Below are positions 37,329 through 46,779 of a DNA stretch of 64,000 nucleotides, piece after piece (the first letter of the stretch is position 1; the number at the start of each line of letters is the position of its first letter). The notes beneath the pieces are model-generated. The model worked only from the letters and a program-made list of their open reading frames with translations, had not been told where the DNA came from and made no database searches. Origin of the DNA: an uncultured Holophagales bacterium (GTDB lineage: Bacteria > Acidobacteriota > Thermoanaerobaculia > Multivoradales > UBA5704); assembly GCA_963842525.1 (NCBI GenBank), contig CAWJGT010000009.1, positions 896,001 through 960,000 on the forward strand. The letters are read 5' to 3'. The position numbers were made by a program, and so were the translations under genes.

Positions 37329-40160
37329 TCACGCGACGGAACGACGACGTTTCCAGAGCAACAGCGAGGCGATGGCTAAAAGGAGGAGAATGGCGCCGGC
37401 GGCGATCCAGCGCTCGTCGAGGAGGAGGCCCTGGCGTCCGCCTGGAAGCGGGACCAGGTTCCCGTCCCCCAGGACGACGAGCCCGGCCCAGGCATAGGCC
37501 GGTGCGCCGTCTGCGATCCGGTCGAGCTGGGCCGCGCGCAGGGCCGCCGCCACGCTCCGGCCCTCGGCGAGGCGGCGGTAGAAGCGGTCGAACAGGGCCG
37601 CGCCGTCGTCGTCGCGCAGCGGCCAGAGGCTCGCCACCACGGTGTGGGCGCCGGCCTGGAAGAAGGCGCGGGCCAGGCCCATGACCCCCTCGCCGCGGAG
37701 CACGGTGCCCGAGGCGCTGCGGCAGGAGGAGAGGACCGCCACCGTGCCGTCGAGATGGAGGGGTACGATCTCGCGGAGCTGGAGGAGGCCGTCCTCGGTC
37801 GCCGGGGCCGGAGTCAGGAGGATGCCCGAACGCTCGGGGTTGCGGGCGTCCAGCACGGCATGGGTGGCGAAGTGGAGCATGCGGAACCGCCGCAGGTCTT
37901 CGCTCTTGAGATAGCCCTCGGAGGCGTCCTCTCCCATGCGCAGGAGGCTCCCGCCACCCAGGTACCGCGCCGCCGCGCGGCCCTCGCGGCGCGCGAAGGG
38001 CAGGGCTTCCAGACGGGCCGCGGCAGCGAACACGGCGGAGCGCTCTGCGGGCGGGCCGGCGGGGCGGCCCGTAGTGATTCCCGGCGTCCCCAGCATCACC
38101 GGATCGGCGAGGGCCAGCAGCGGCTCTGCCGCCGGCGCCGGCTGATTGCGCCGCCAGTGGAGCCAGAGGGTGGCGGATGGCGCGACGGTGATCTCGTAGC
38201 GGCTGGCCAGCGGCGGACCCCTCGGGTCGGGACGCAGCGCGGGGAAGGGGAGCTGGTGGAGCGCGTCGTCCGGGAGGAGCACGAGGCGCCGCACGTTCGG
38301 CGGCAGGTCTTTCAGGGCGTCGGCCAGGAGGTCGCGATAGAGGCCGGCGGCCGGCGCCTCCTCCGCGCCGTCGCGCCGTTCGAAGAGGCCGCTGAAAAGG
38401 GCTACGGCCGGCCGCAGGGCGATGCGGTCGCGGCGCAGGCGGTAGGCCCGGCTGCCGTCGCGCGTCGCAACGACGAGCCACGAGCCGCCGGCAAAGCCGC
38501 CGAACAGGTCCTCGTCCGGAGCGACCTGGAACGACAGGAGGGCCTCGTCCGGCGCGAGGGCGCGTTGCACTTCGGTCAGCGAGGCGAAGGCTGAGGCGAC
38601 GGAGCGGGCGGGGCTCGCACGGTCGATCTGGTCACGGACCTCGGCTTCTTCGAGCTCCAAGTGTTCGAGCTCTGTCTGGGCGGTCGTCCTCTCCGCCGCT
38701 GGCAGCTCGGGATCGAGCAGCCGGCGCTGGACCCGGGCGATGTCCTCGAGGAGGAGGGCGCGGCGCGTCCGTAGCGCCTGTTCGGTGGCGCCGTGCTCGG
38801 GGGTGGCCTGCGCGGCGGCGAGAGCATCGAGCAGAGCGCGGGCCCGCTTTCTCTCCATCACGCCGAAGGCGCGTCCGAGGCTGTCCCGTCCCTTGCGCTG
38901 CGCGGCGGCTTCGAGCAACCGGCCGGCGAGCCAGGAGTAGTCTTCGGACCAGCTCGAGAAGAAGCCGACCTGGCTGGACGAGTTTCCTTGCAGACCGCGC
39001 AGCGTCTCGATGGCGTCGAGCGCGGACTCTGAGTCGGCCACGGCCTGCTCCGTCGAGCCGGAGGCCCAACTGACGCGCATCCGCTCGCGCCAGGCGTAGG
39101 CCATCATCCAGGGCTTGTCGGACTGGCGGACCAGACGAAGCGACTCTTCGATGGCGGTTCGTGCCCGGGCGGGGTCCTCCGCCGAGAAATGGCGGGCCAG
39201 GGCATTGAGGCAATAGCTCCGGTCGTGGAGGTTGTCCGCAGCCTTCAGGCAGGCCTCCAGGTGCTGCCGGGCTTCGCGGCCGGTGGTGAGCAGGCCGAGC
39301 AGCCAGTGCGCCTTGGCTTCGACACCGCGGTTCTCGGCGGCCGCGGCGGTGGCCAGGGCATGCCGCGCAAGCTCGATCGCCTCCTGCCGGTACCCGGGAC
39401 GTGGTGCCTCGGCGACGCCGTCCAGAAAGGTGCGTGCCAGACTGTAGCGGGCACTGGCCTCTCCAAAGAGGTCGGTCTCCGACCGGGCCAGCTCCGCGGC
39501 ACGGAGATAGTTGGCCTTGGCCTCTTCGTAGCGCCCGAGCTCCAGGCTGACGTTGCCGAGCCAGACCAAGCAATCGCGCTGGATCGAGTACTCTCCCTTG
39601 GGAAAGGCGACTTCTTCGGCGCGGCGGAGAAGGAGGTAAGCCCGTTCCAGGTCCCGGCCGAGCGAGAACAGATAACGGACCCGCCCGATCTTCGCCCAGG
39701 CGATCAGATTTGGGTTTCCCGAGGCGTCGGCCACTTTCTCAGCCTGCTCCGCCTCGTCTCCAGCGGCTTCGGTGCGTCCCAATTGGGACAGGACGCGCTG
39801 CAGGTTCAGTCTCGCGAGAACCTCGCCACGGGGGATGCGCCTCTCGGCGAACTTCCTGGCGGCAGTGCGATAGAGCACCTCGGCTTCCGCCCAGTTCTGG
39901 GTCAGATGCCCCAGGTAGAACGTGATCCAAGGGTGGCCGGGCCGTTGGGAGAGGAGAGTCCGGAGCCGATTGACGGCCTCCTGCGCCTGTGCCGGATCTC
40001 GGCCCACCTCGTAAAAGCACTTGGCGGACTGCTCGGCGTCCGGCGTCGTAGCGAGTTGGGAATCGCAGGCCGCGAAGTCGGGCTTGACTTCGGCGTGTGC
40101 GCGTGCCAACGAAAAGGACAGGGCGAGGGCGAGCAGCAGGACGGCGGTACGAGAAGACAT
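37329..40160 (-). CDS. Exported TPR + CHAT protease with a C-terminal membrane anchor (paralog 1)
   Basis: Signal peptide MSSRTAVLLLALALSFSLARAHA, TPRs, HFATH and LSSC motifs, C-terminal TM helix followed by KRRR. Confidence 0.9.
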   Translation of the reverse strand: MSSRTAVLLLALALSFSLARAHAEVKPDFAACDSQLATTPDAEQSAKCFYEVGRDPAQAQEAVNRLRTLLSQRPGHPWITFYLGHLTQNWAEAEVLYRTAARKFAERRIPRGEVLARLNLQRVLSQLGRTEAAGDEAEQAEKVADASGNPNLIAWAKIGRVRYLFSLGRDLERAYLLLRRAEEVAFPKGEYSIQRDCLVWLGNVSLELGRYEEAKANYLRAAELARSETDLFGEASARYSLARTFLDGVAEAPRPGYRQEAIELARHALATAAAAENRGVEAKAHWLLGLLTTGREARQHLEACLKAADNLHDRSYCLNALARHFSAEDPARARTAIEESLRLVRQSDKPWMMAYAWRERMRVSWASGSTEQAVADSESALDAIETLRGLQGNSSSQVGFFSSWSEDYSWLAGRLLEAAAQRKGRDSLGRAFGVMERKRARALLDALAAAQATPEHGATEQALRTRRALLLEDIARVQRRLLDPELPAAERTTAQTELEHLELEEAEVRDQIDRASPARSVASAFASLTEVQRALAPDEALLSFQVAPDEDLFGGFAGGSWLVVATRDGSRAYRLRRDRIALRPAVALFSGLFERRDGAEEAPAAGLYRDLLADALKDLPPNVRRLVLLPDDALHQLPFPALRPDPRGPPLASRYEITVAPSATLWLHWRRNQPAPAAEPLLALADPVMLGTPGITTGRPAGPPAERSAVFAAAARLEALPFARREGRAAARYLGGGSLLRMGEDASEGYLKSEDLRRFRMLHFATHAVLDARNPERSGILLTPAPATEDGLLQLREIVPLHLDGTVAVLSSCRSASGTVLRGEGVMGLARAFFQAGAHTVVASLWPLRDDDGAALFDRFYRRLAEGRSVAAALRAAQLDRIADGAPAYAWAGLVVLGDGNLVPLPGGRQGLLLDERWIAAGAILLLLAIASLLLWKRRRSVA

Positions 40161-40201
40161 TGAGGGAGGGGAGTCTAGGCCACCCAGGGAGATTGAAAAA
40201 C

Positions 40202-40223
40202 GGGCGGCGCACCTGGGCCGCCC
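40202..40223 (-). terminator. Rho-independent terminator-like hairpin after the mini-ORF
   Basis: GGGCGGC...GCCGCCC stem followed on the minus strand by GTTTTT. Confidence 0.6.
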
Positions 40224-40235
40224 GCCATGCAAAGG

Positions 40236-40391
40236 CTAACCGCCGATCGGCCCCGGGTTCTCGTCCGGAGGAGTGCAGCAGTAGGGATCGTAGTCCTTGC
40301 CGCCTTCCTTCGGATCGCCGGTGGTGTCCGGGGCGGTCGCGGCCGCGGGTCTCGTCTTCTCGTCTTGGGGCTCGGTCATCTCGTGAATCAT
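40236..40391 (-). CDS. 51-aa acidic Pro-rich peptide (MIHEMTEPQ...DYDPYCCTPPDENPGPIGG)
   Basis: Strong AAGGAG RBS 6 nt before the ATG, followed by a terminator; lies upstream of CHAT paralog 1. Confidence 0.65.
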   Translation of the reverse strand: MIHEMTEPQDEKTRPAAATAPDTTGDPKEGGKDYDPYCCTPPDENPGPIGG

Positions 40392-40602
40392 GATGTTCTC
40401 CTTCAATTCTTCAGGCCGGCGGGTCGGCTCCAGGTTTGCGTTCATCTCCAGGAACGAAGGGAGTGAGGCGTTCCCCTCACCCCTCCTTCCCATCTCCCGG
40501 CTTGATACGGAGAACCATTCCCAAGGTTCTTGGATCCCACCTGCGGCAGGAAAAATTTATACGAGAGAAGATGCTAATTTCTCATCTTCTTTGTTCATTT
40601 CC

Positions 40603-41290
40603 CTACTGGACCGTCGTCACGAAGGTCTTCGAGCTCAGGCGGCTGCCGTCGGGAAGGTCGGCCTCGACCTTCCAGAAGAGACGCGAGCCGGTCGGCATGC
40701 CGGCGAGGGCGCTCGCGGGCACCTGGAAGCTCGGGCGTCCGCAGGTCCTTGGCGCTGGCGATCACCCGCAGATCCTCGGTGCTCACCTCGACGTCGTAGG
40801 TCGCGCCCGCGGCCGAGGGCGCCGACCAGCGCAGGACGAAGCGGTCGCGGGGCAGGGACGCGCCGTCCGTGATCCGCGACTGGATGGCGTCCTGCTGGCC
40901 TTCGCGATAGCCGGCCGTACCCTGGTCCGGCTGCTGGGCCTGGTAGAGCTGGACACCCACGACGGCCACCGCCAGCGCCGCCGCGGCTGCGAGGGCGAAG
41001 GTGCGCACGCGCTGCCAGGGGCCGTAGCGCACGACCGCGCCAGGAGCCGGAGCGGTGGAGACCACCGGCTCGGGCGCCTGGAGGGCGCGCGCCAGCCGCC
41101 AGTCCTCGGCGCAGGACGAGCACACCACGGTGTGCTCCACGATCTGCTCGACCTCGTCCGGCGTCAGCTCGCCGTGCACCGCCGCCCAGATCCTCTCCGG
41201 GGCGGGGCAGGTTTCGGGAGCCGGGGCGGGTTGCGAGACAGACGCGAATGCCCGGCGCAGCTTGGTGAGCTCCTCATCCTCCAAATTCAT
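40603..41290 (-). CDS. Zinc-finger (HxxxCxxC) transmembrane anti-sigma factor; frameshift near 40730
   Basis: HTVVCSSC motif, one TM helix and a beta-rich exported domain. The corrected end is FWKVEADLPDGSRLSSKTFVTTVQ*. ATGA overlap with the sigma gene. Confidence 0.82.
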
Positions 41291-41865
41291 CGCGCCACTC
41301 CTTTCCCATCGAGGCATCCACGCAGGTCCGCCAGGCCGCGGTAGACGAGGTTCTCCGCTTTCTTCGTGGTCCAGCCCAGCAGCTTGCCGATCTCGGGGAC
41401 GCTGTGCCCTTGCAGGTTGAGCGTCACGGCCGAGCGGCGCGGGCTGACCAGCCGGCCGAGGCAGTCCCGGATTGCCCGTCCGGTCTCCTTCGCGGCTGCG
41501 GTGCGCTCGGGGTCGGGGCTTTCCGACGCCGGATCGAACCGTACCTCCGAGCTCTCGTCTTCCAAAGGAACCTCCTGGCGCCTGCGTAGCCTCCGGATTT
41601 CATCGATAACGGCACTGTAGGCTGCCTTCCTGAGGTAGAACGAGCTGAACTCGGCGTTTCCCTCACGCTTGCGGTGGATCTCGACGACACGCATGAGGGC
41701 AACCTGGATGATGTCCTCGGAGCGGTCGGACATCCAGCGGGGGCAGGTCTGGGCCACTGCGCGCTTCAGGTCCTGGCGGAGCGCCACCAGGTCCAGCTCT
41801 GCCGGGCTGGGAAAGGCAATGACCCGGGAGCCCGGTTCGGAGGCGCTGTGTCTATCAGGTCCCAT
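41287..41865 (-). CDS. ECF RNA polymerase sigma factor
   Basis: EDIIQ region 2, AVIDEIRR, and a region 4 HTH (EIGKLLGW...LVYRGLADLR). Confidence 0.9.
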   Translation of the reverse strand: MGPDRHSASEPGSRVIAFPSPAELDLVALRQDLKRAVAQTCPRWMSDRSEDIIQVALMRVVEIHRKREGNAEFSSFYLRKAAYSAVIDEIRRLRRRQEVPLEDESSEVRFDPASESPDPERTAAAKETGRAIRDCLGRLVSPRRSAVTLNLQGHSVPEIGKLLGWTTKKAENLVYRGLADLRGCLDGKGVAR

Positions 41866-41947
41866 CAGGTCCTCGCTGGGAAGGGATTTATAGCGCAAAA
41901 GGCCCCGCGCGTCCGCCCTACCCTCTGGGCGGTGGTCCTATCGAAGG

Positions 41948-44374
41948 TCACTCGGCCCGCAGGGCCACCAGGGGATCGACCCGGGTGGCGCGCCGGGCGG
42001 GGAGGAAGCTCGCGACCAGGGCCACGGCGATCAGGACGAGCGGCACCACGGCGAAGGTCAGGATGTCGGTCGGCTTGACGTTGTAGAGCAGCGCGGAGAG
42101 CCAGCCGGTGGTGGTCACCGCGATGGCGCCGACCAGCCCGGCGGCGAGCCCGGCCAGGGTGAGGCCGAGCCCCTGGCGCAGGACGTAGCGCAGCACGTCC
42201 CTGCGGTCGGCGCCGAGGGCCATCCGGATGCCGATCTCCTGGCGGCGCTGGGCCACCGAGTAGGCGATGATGCCGTAGAGGCCCACTGCGGCGAGGAGCA
42301 GCGCGAGCACGGCGAACAGCCCGAGGATCAGGGTACGCAGCCGCGGCCGGGCGATGGACTCGGAGATCTCCGTCTCCATGGTGGTCAGGTTGGCCACCGG
42401 GATGTCGGGGTCGATGGAGCGGGCCACCTGCCGGACCTCCCCGGCGAGCGCCAGCGGATCGCCCTCGGCGCGGACCATCACGTCCATGGCCCAGTGGGGC
42501 TGCTGCAGCAAGGGGATATAGAGATCGGGCCGCACGGCTTCGATCTCGCGGTAGCGGGCGTCGCCCACCACGCCGACCACGGTCAGCCAGGGGCGGTCCG
42601 TCTGGCCGCCGCGGCCCCAGCGCAGGCGCTTGCCCCTCGGGTCCTGGCCCGGCCAGAAGCGCTCGGCCGTGGACTTGTTGACGATGGCCACGAGCTGCGA
42701 CGTGTCGGTATCCGTCGTCGTGAAGTCCCGCCCCTGGAGCAGCGGGATGCCCATGGTCTGGAAGTAGCCGGGGCTGACCCGCTCATGGTTCGACGTCGGG
42801 TTGGTCGCCTGCGCCTCCGGCGTCTGGCCCTCGACCGTGAAGTCGTAGTCCCAGCCGATGGGGCCGGAGAGCGGGCGCAGGAGCACGAGGCTCGCGCGCT
42901 CGACCCCCGGCAGGGCCTCGACCTGCTGCAGCACGTTCTGGAAGTAGCCGGCCCAGTTGTGCGGCTCGGGGTACTTGCTGTTGAGCGTCAGGCGGAAGGT
43001 GAGGAGCCGCTCCGGCCGGAAGCCGAGGTTGGTCCGCTCGAGCTCCACGAAGCTGCGGATGACCAGCCCGGCGGTGACGAGCACGACCAGGGCCAGGGCC
43101 ACCTCGCCGGCGACCAGCAGGTTGCGCAGCCGGCTGGTGCGGACGCCCGCCGACGACTTGCCTCCTTCCTTGAGCGCCGCGGAGAAGTCCGGGCTGGTGG
43201 TCTGGAGCGCCGGCGCCAGGCCGAAGAGGAGCACGGTGGCGAGCGACACGGCCAGGGCGAAGGCGATGACCCGGCCGTCGATGCCCACCTCGTCCAGGCG
43301 CGGGATGTCCGCCGGGCCGATGGCGACGAGGACCTGGAGGCCGGCCCAGGCGAGCAGCAGGCCGACGACCGCCGCGAGAACGGCGAGCAGCAGGCCTTCG
43401 GCCAGGAGCTGCCGGACCAGTTGCGTGCGCCCGGCGCCGAGGGCGGTGCGCACCGCGGTCTCCTTCTGCCGCGCCGCGGCCCGCGCGAGGAGCAGGCCGG
43501 CGACGTTGGCGCACGCGATGAGCAGCAGGAGCCCGACGGCGCCGAGCATCAGGAGGAGCGCGGCCCGGGTGTCGCCCAGGATCTCCTCGACGATGGGCGT
43601 GACCCGCGCCGTATAGCCCTGATTGGCGACCGGGCGTTGCTGCTGCATCGCGAGGGAGACGCGGAGGAGGTCCTCGCGCGCCTGCTCCAGGCCGACGTCC
43701 GGCTTCAGGCGGCCGATCGCGTGCATGATCCGGAGGTCGCGGATCGAGGTGTCGGCATAGAGGTCGGACAGGGTCGTATAGAGGTCGACGCCCTGGGGGA
43801 AGCGGAAATCCGGGGGCAGGATACCCACGATCAGATGGGGCGTGTTGTCCAGGAGGACCTTCTGGTTGACGACCGCTGGGTCGGAGCCGAAGTGCCGCTG
43901 CCAGAAACCGTGGGAGAGCACCACCACCCGGGCGCCCGGCTTGTCCTCCTGGCCGGGCAGGAAGGTCCGCCCGAAGGCGGGCCGGACGCCGAGGACCCGG
44001 AAGAGGTTGTCCGAGGCCAGCCGTCCCCGCACGTGGAGGGCCTCGCCGCGGCCGGTCAGGGAGACGTCGGCGTCGTTGGTGGTGATCACCGCCAAGTCGG
44101 AGAAGACCCGGTTGTTGTCCTTCCAGTCGGTGAAGTCCTGGATCGAGACCTCGACGAGCTTCTGGTTGCGCTCCTTGACCTCGCCCCAGACGGTGACCAG
44201 GCGGTCCTGGTCGTGGAAGGGGAGGGGCCGCAGGAGCACGGCGTCGACCATGCTGAAGATGGCAGTGGCCGCGCCGATGCCGAGGCCGAGGGTGAGGACC
44301 GCCGGCAGCGTGAAGCCCGGAGACCGCACCGCGAGGCGAAGGGCATGCCGGAAGTCGCGCAGGAAGCTCGCCAT
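41948..44374 (-). CDS. Duplicated MacB/FtsX-type ABC permease (ADOP-like)
   Basis: DFRHALR...PGF, LLIACANVA, EIGIRMALGA and PARRATRVDP motifs; 808 aa; no adjacent ATPase gene. Confidence 0.92.
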   Translation of the reverse strand: MASFLRDFRHALRLAVRSPGFTLPAVLTLGLGIGAATAIFSMVDAVLLRPLPFHDQDRLVTVWGEVKERNQKLVEVSIQDFTDWKDNNRVFSDLAVITTNDADVSLTGRGEALHVRGRLASDNLFRVLGVRPAFGRTFLPGQEDKPGARVVVLSHGFWQRHFGSDPAVVNQKVLLDNTPHLIVGILPPDFRFPQGVDLYTTLSDLYADTSIRDLRIMHAIGRLKPDVGLEQAREDLLRVSLAMQQQRPVANQGYTARVTPIVEEILGDTRAALLLMLGAVGLLLLIACANVAGLLLARAAARQKETAVRTALGAGRTQLVRQLLAEGLLLAVLAAVVGLLLAWAGLQVLVAIGPADIPRLDEVGIDGRVIAFALAVSLATVLLFGLAPALQTTSPDFSAALKEGGKSSAGVRTSRLRNLLVAGEVALALVVLVTAGLVIRSFVELERTNLGFRPERLLTFRLTLNSKYPEPHNWAGYFQNVLQQVEALPGVERASLVLLRPLSGPIGWDYDFTVEGQTPEAQATNPTSNHERVSPGYFQTMGIPLLQGRDFTTTDTDTSQLVAIVNKSTAERFWPGQDPRGKRLRWGRGGQTDRPWLTVVGVVGDARYREIEAVRPDLYIPLLQQPHWAMDVMVRAEGDPLALAGEVRQVARSIDPDIPVANLTTMETEISESIARPRLRTLILGLFAVLALLLAAVGLYGIIAYSVAQRRQEIGIRMALGADRRDVLRYVLRQGLGLTLAGLAAGLVGAIAVTTTGWLSALLYNVKPTDILTFAVVPLVLIAVALVASFLPARRATRVDPLVALRAE

Positions 44375-44411
44375 AGGGACGAGGAATATACAGCACCGCG
44401 GGGCCGGAGCC

Positions 44412-44444
44412 GAACCCGGCCCCCCTGAGGTGGGGGCCGGGTTC
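44412..44444. terminator. Intergenic GC-rich hairpin
   Basis: GAACCCGGCCCCC / GGGGGCCGGGTTC stem just downstream of the cytochrome gene. Confidence 0.5.
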
Positions 44445-44467
44445 TTGCCGGCAGGATCAGGGTCGGC

Positions 44468-46555
44468 TCAGAACAGGAGGTTGCCCTCGCCCAGGGTGAA
44501 GTTGAGGCCGCTTCCGTACCTGGACTTGGCGAAGTTGAAGTCGTTCAGGGCGCCCTGGATCAGGCTCTTGCGCTGGCTGGTCGAGAGCGAGGAGTCGAGG
44601 ATGACGACGGTGTTCTTGGTGATGCCGTTGAGGAGGAAGAACACGGCGTCGGAGTGGAGGCCCTTGGCGTCCAGAACCTCGATGGCGTCCACGGCCTCGG
44701 TGTTGGCCAGCGAGAGCAGCATGTTGGTGGTGTTGCGCTTGTTGGGGTCCGTGCTGGCGCTGTTCTCCAGAGCCAGGGCGGCGGTGTTGCGCTTTTGCGA
44801 GAGGGCGGTGTTGAACGCCGCGTTGAGGACGCGCAGGAACTTGCCGATGTTGTCGATGTCCGTTGGCGACAACGGAACGGCCACGCCGCCGCCGGCGGGC
44901 GACTGGGCGAACGCCGGGGTCGTATAGAACTCCACCGCATCCTCGATGGTTTCGGAGCTGTTGTTGTGGAAGAACGGCTCGGTGTCGGCGGCCTCGATCA
45001 ACGGCGTCGTGTTGAACGTGCCGTCGCCGAAGCAGTCGTTGACCCCGTTGGCGTCGCAGTCGCGGTTGGCGACCCCGAAGCCGCCGTCGAGCGGATGGGG
45101 CTCGGTGGCCTGGCTGGGGTCGGGAGCCCTCTCGACGCCCGTGTCGAAGTTGAAGTTCTGGCCGGTGGCGATGTTGGCGCCCGCATTGGCGTGGCAGCCG
45201 TTGCAGCGGGCGTCGGTGGCCACGAACCGGACCTTGCCCGCCTGGGCGCCGGAGTTGGTCAGGGTCACGCTGGCGAGGTTGAGCTCGTTGAGGCGGCCGC
45301 TGGCCAGGGAGAAGGCCTCCATCCGGTCGAGCTGGGCGTCCGTCGGCAGGACGAAGTCAACACCGGAGACCCGGTTGAGGCGCTTGGTGAAGTGCTGGGT
45401 CACCGCGCCAACCGGGAAGAGGCGGAGTGCACCCGTGCTCGGAGCGCCGTCGCCGCTCCAGCCCGTGCGCTGGACCGGCGCCCTGCCGTCCGCTGGGGCC
45501 ACGATCGAAGTGGCCATCGAGAGCGAGTGCGGCACGCCGCGCATGGTGAACCTTACGGTGGGGCTGGGTGGGCCGAAGCCGTCGGTGTTTTCCAGGATGA
45601 GAGCATGATTGCGCATGAGCTGCGGGCGCTCGAGGCCGGGCACGCCGCCCAGGAAGGCTGGGAGCTCCGCCACGAAGAGCTTGTCGGTGGGGAACAGCGT
45701 CTGGATGAAGTCGAGGTCGAGCCCCTGGTTGTTCGTCACCCGGTGGCAGGTGGCGCAGGTGCGGCGGTTGCCGCTGAAGGTGCCGCGGAAGAAGAGGTCG
45801 GCGCCCTGGCCCACCGCCTGGCTGACCAGGCCGTGCGAGATGAGGACGGCCGAATTCGCCTCCGCCTCGCGGGGAACGAACATCGATCCCAGGGAGGCCG
45901 GGCTCAGGAAACCCTGCAGCCCGAGGGTCTCCCGCGCCTGCTCCTGCTCCACGCGGGTGGTCGTGTAGAGCCGCTCGAAATACGACCGGGTGCCGAGGAG
46001 CATGCTGCTCTCAGCCGGCGTCCTGCCGGCGCGCGAGACCACCACCAGGTCGAGCTCGAAGTCGCGGAAGAACTCGCGGCCGAGCCGCGCCGCGACCTTG
46101 GCGGCCGAGCCGCCCTCCAGGCGGCCGATGCGGAACATGCGGTCTCCCGGCTCCGGCTGCACGGTCCTGCCGGGGCCGTCCTGGTTGTCGACCATCCACA
46201 GGTCGGCCGGCTGCCCGTTCAGGCCGCGCACCTCGGCGCGCACCGAGCCGGCGATCAGGTCGAGGTCCACCTGGCCGCGAGCGGCGCTGGGCTCCGTGGA
46301 GAGACCCTCCGTCCAGCCGACGGTGATCATGACGTTGCCGTCGCCTCCGGCGGCGACGTACTTCTTCTGCCAGTCCCGATAGAACGGCTCGAGGGCCGAC
46401 TGCTCCGCGAGAATGGCCTGGAACGGATCAGCAGGCTGCACCGCCGCAGCGGGTGGCTCGGGGCTGAGGCCGGCGGTCAACAGCAAGATCGGCGGCAAGC
46501 CCAGGATGAAGACGGTAGCAAGGACGAAGGAAAGCAGCTTTATCTTGCGCTTCAT
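44468..46555 (-). CDS. Exported di-heme cytochrome c protein (peroxidase/MauG-like superfamily)
   Basis: N-terminal signal/TM, two CxxCH motifs (CATCH, CNGCH), and FNTTPL...PFFHN resembling the CcP 'TPxL...PYxH' motif. Confidence 0.75.
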   Translation of the reverse strand: MKRKIKLLSFVLATVFILGLPPILLLTAGLSPEPPAAAVQPADPFQAILAEQSALEPFYRDWQKKYVAAGGDGNVMITVGWTEGLSTEPSAARGQVDLDLIAGSVRAEVRGLNGQPADLWMVDNQDGPGRTVQPEPGDRMFRIGRLEGGSAAKVAARLGREFFRDFELDLVVVSRAGRTPAESSMLLGTRSYFERLYTTTRVEQEQARETLGLQGFLSPASLGSMFVPREAEANSAVLISHGLVSQAVGQGADLFFRGTFSGNRRTCATCHRVTNNQGLDLDFIQTLFPTDKLFVAELPAFLGGVPGLERPQLMRNHALILENTDGFGPPSPTVRFTMRGVPHSLSMATSIVAPADGRAPVQRTGWSGDGAPSTGALRLFPVGAVTQHFTKRLNRVSGVDFVLPTDAQLDRMEAFSLASGRLNELNLASVTLTNSGAQAGKVRFVATDARCNGCHANAGANIATGQNFNFDTGVERAPDPSQATEPHPLDGGFGVANRDCDANGVNDCFGDGTFNTTPLIEAADTEPFFHNNSSETIEDAVEFYTTPAFAQSPAGGGVAVPLSPTDIDNIGKFLRVLNAAFNTALSQKRNTAALALENSASTDPNKRNTTNMLLSLANTEAVDAIEVLDAKGLHSDAVFFLLNGITKNTVVILDSSLSTSQRKSLIQGALNDFNFAKSRYGSGLNFTLGEGNLLF

Positions 46556-46779
46556 AATACCTCCACCAGAGGGAAGTCCAGATCAAAGAGAGGAGAAGGA
46601 CATGGGGGCATGACGCCGCCGGTGGGCCCCGGCAGACGGGGGGCTGCGAAGCCATGCGGAGGTCCGATGCGAGGCGCAAGCGTCTGCGGGTCATGAGTCC
46701 CACACTTCGCCGCAGCGTCGGTGTCGCCGCTGCGCGCTACGTCAATCGCCTTCTGGAGGAGCTACTCGAAGATGTTCTT

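Noticed and set aside
40474-40500. CCCCTCACCCTCCTTCCCATCTCCCGG as a further family A copy
   Set aside because: Only a partial, degenerate resemblance with no partner arm.
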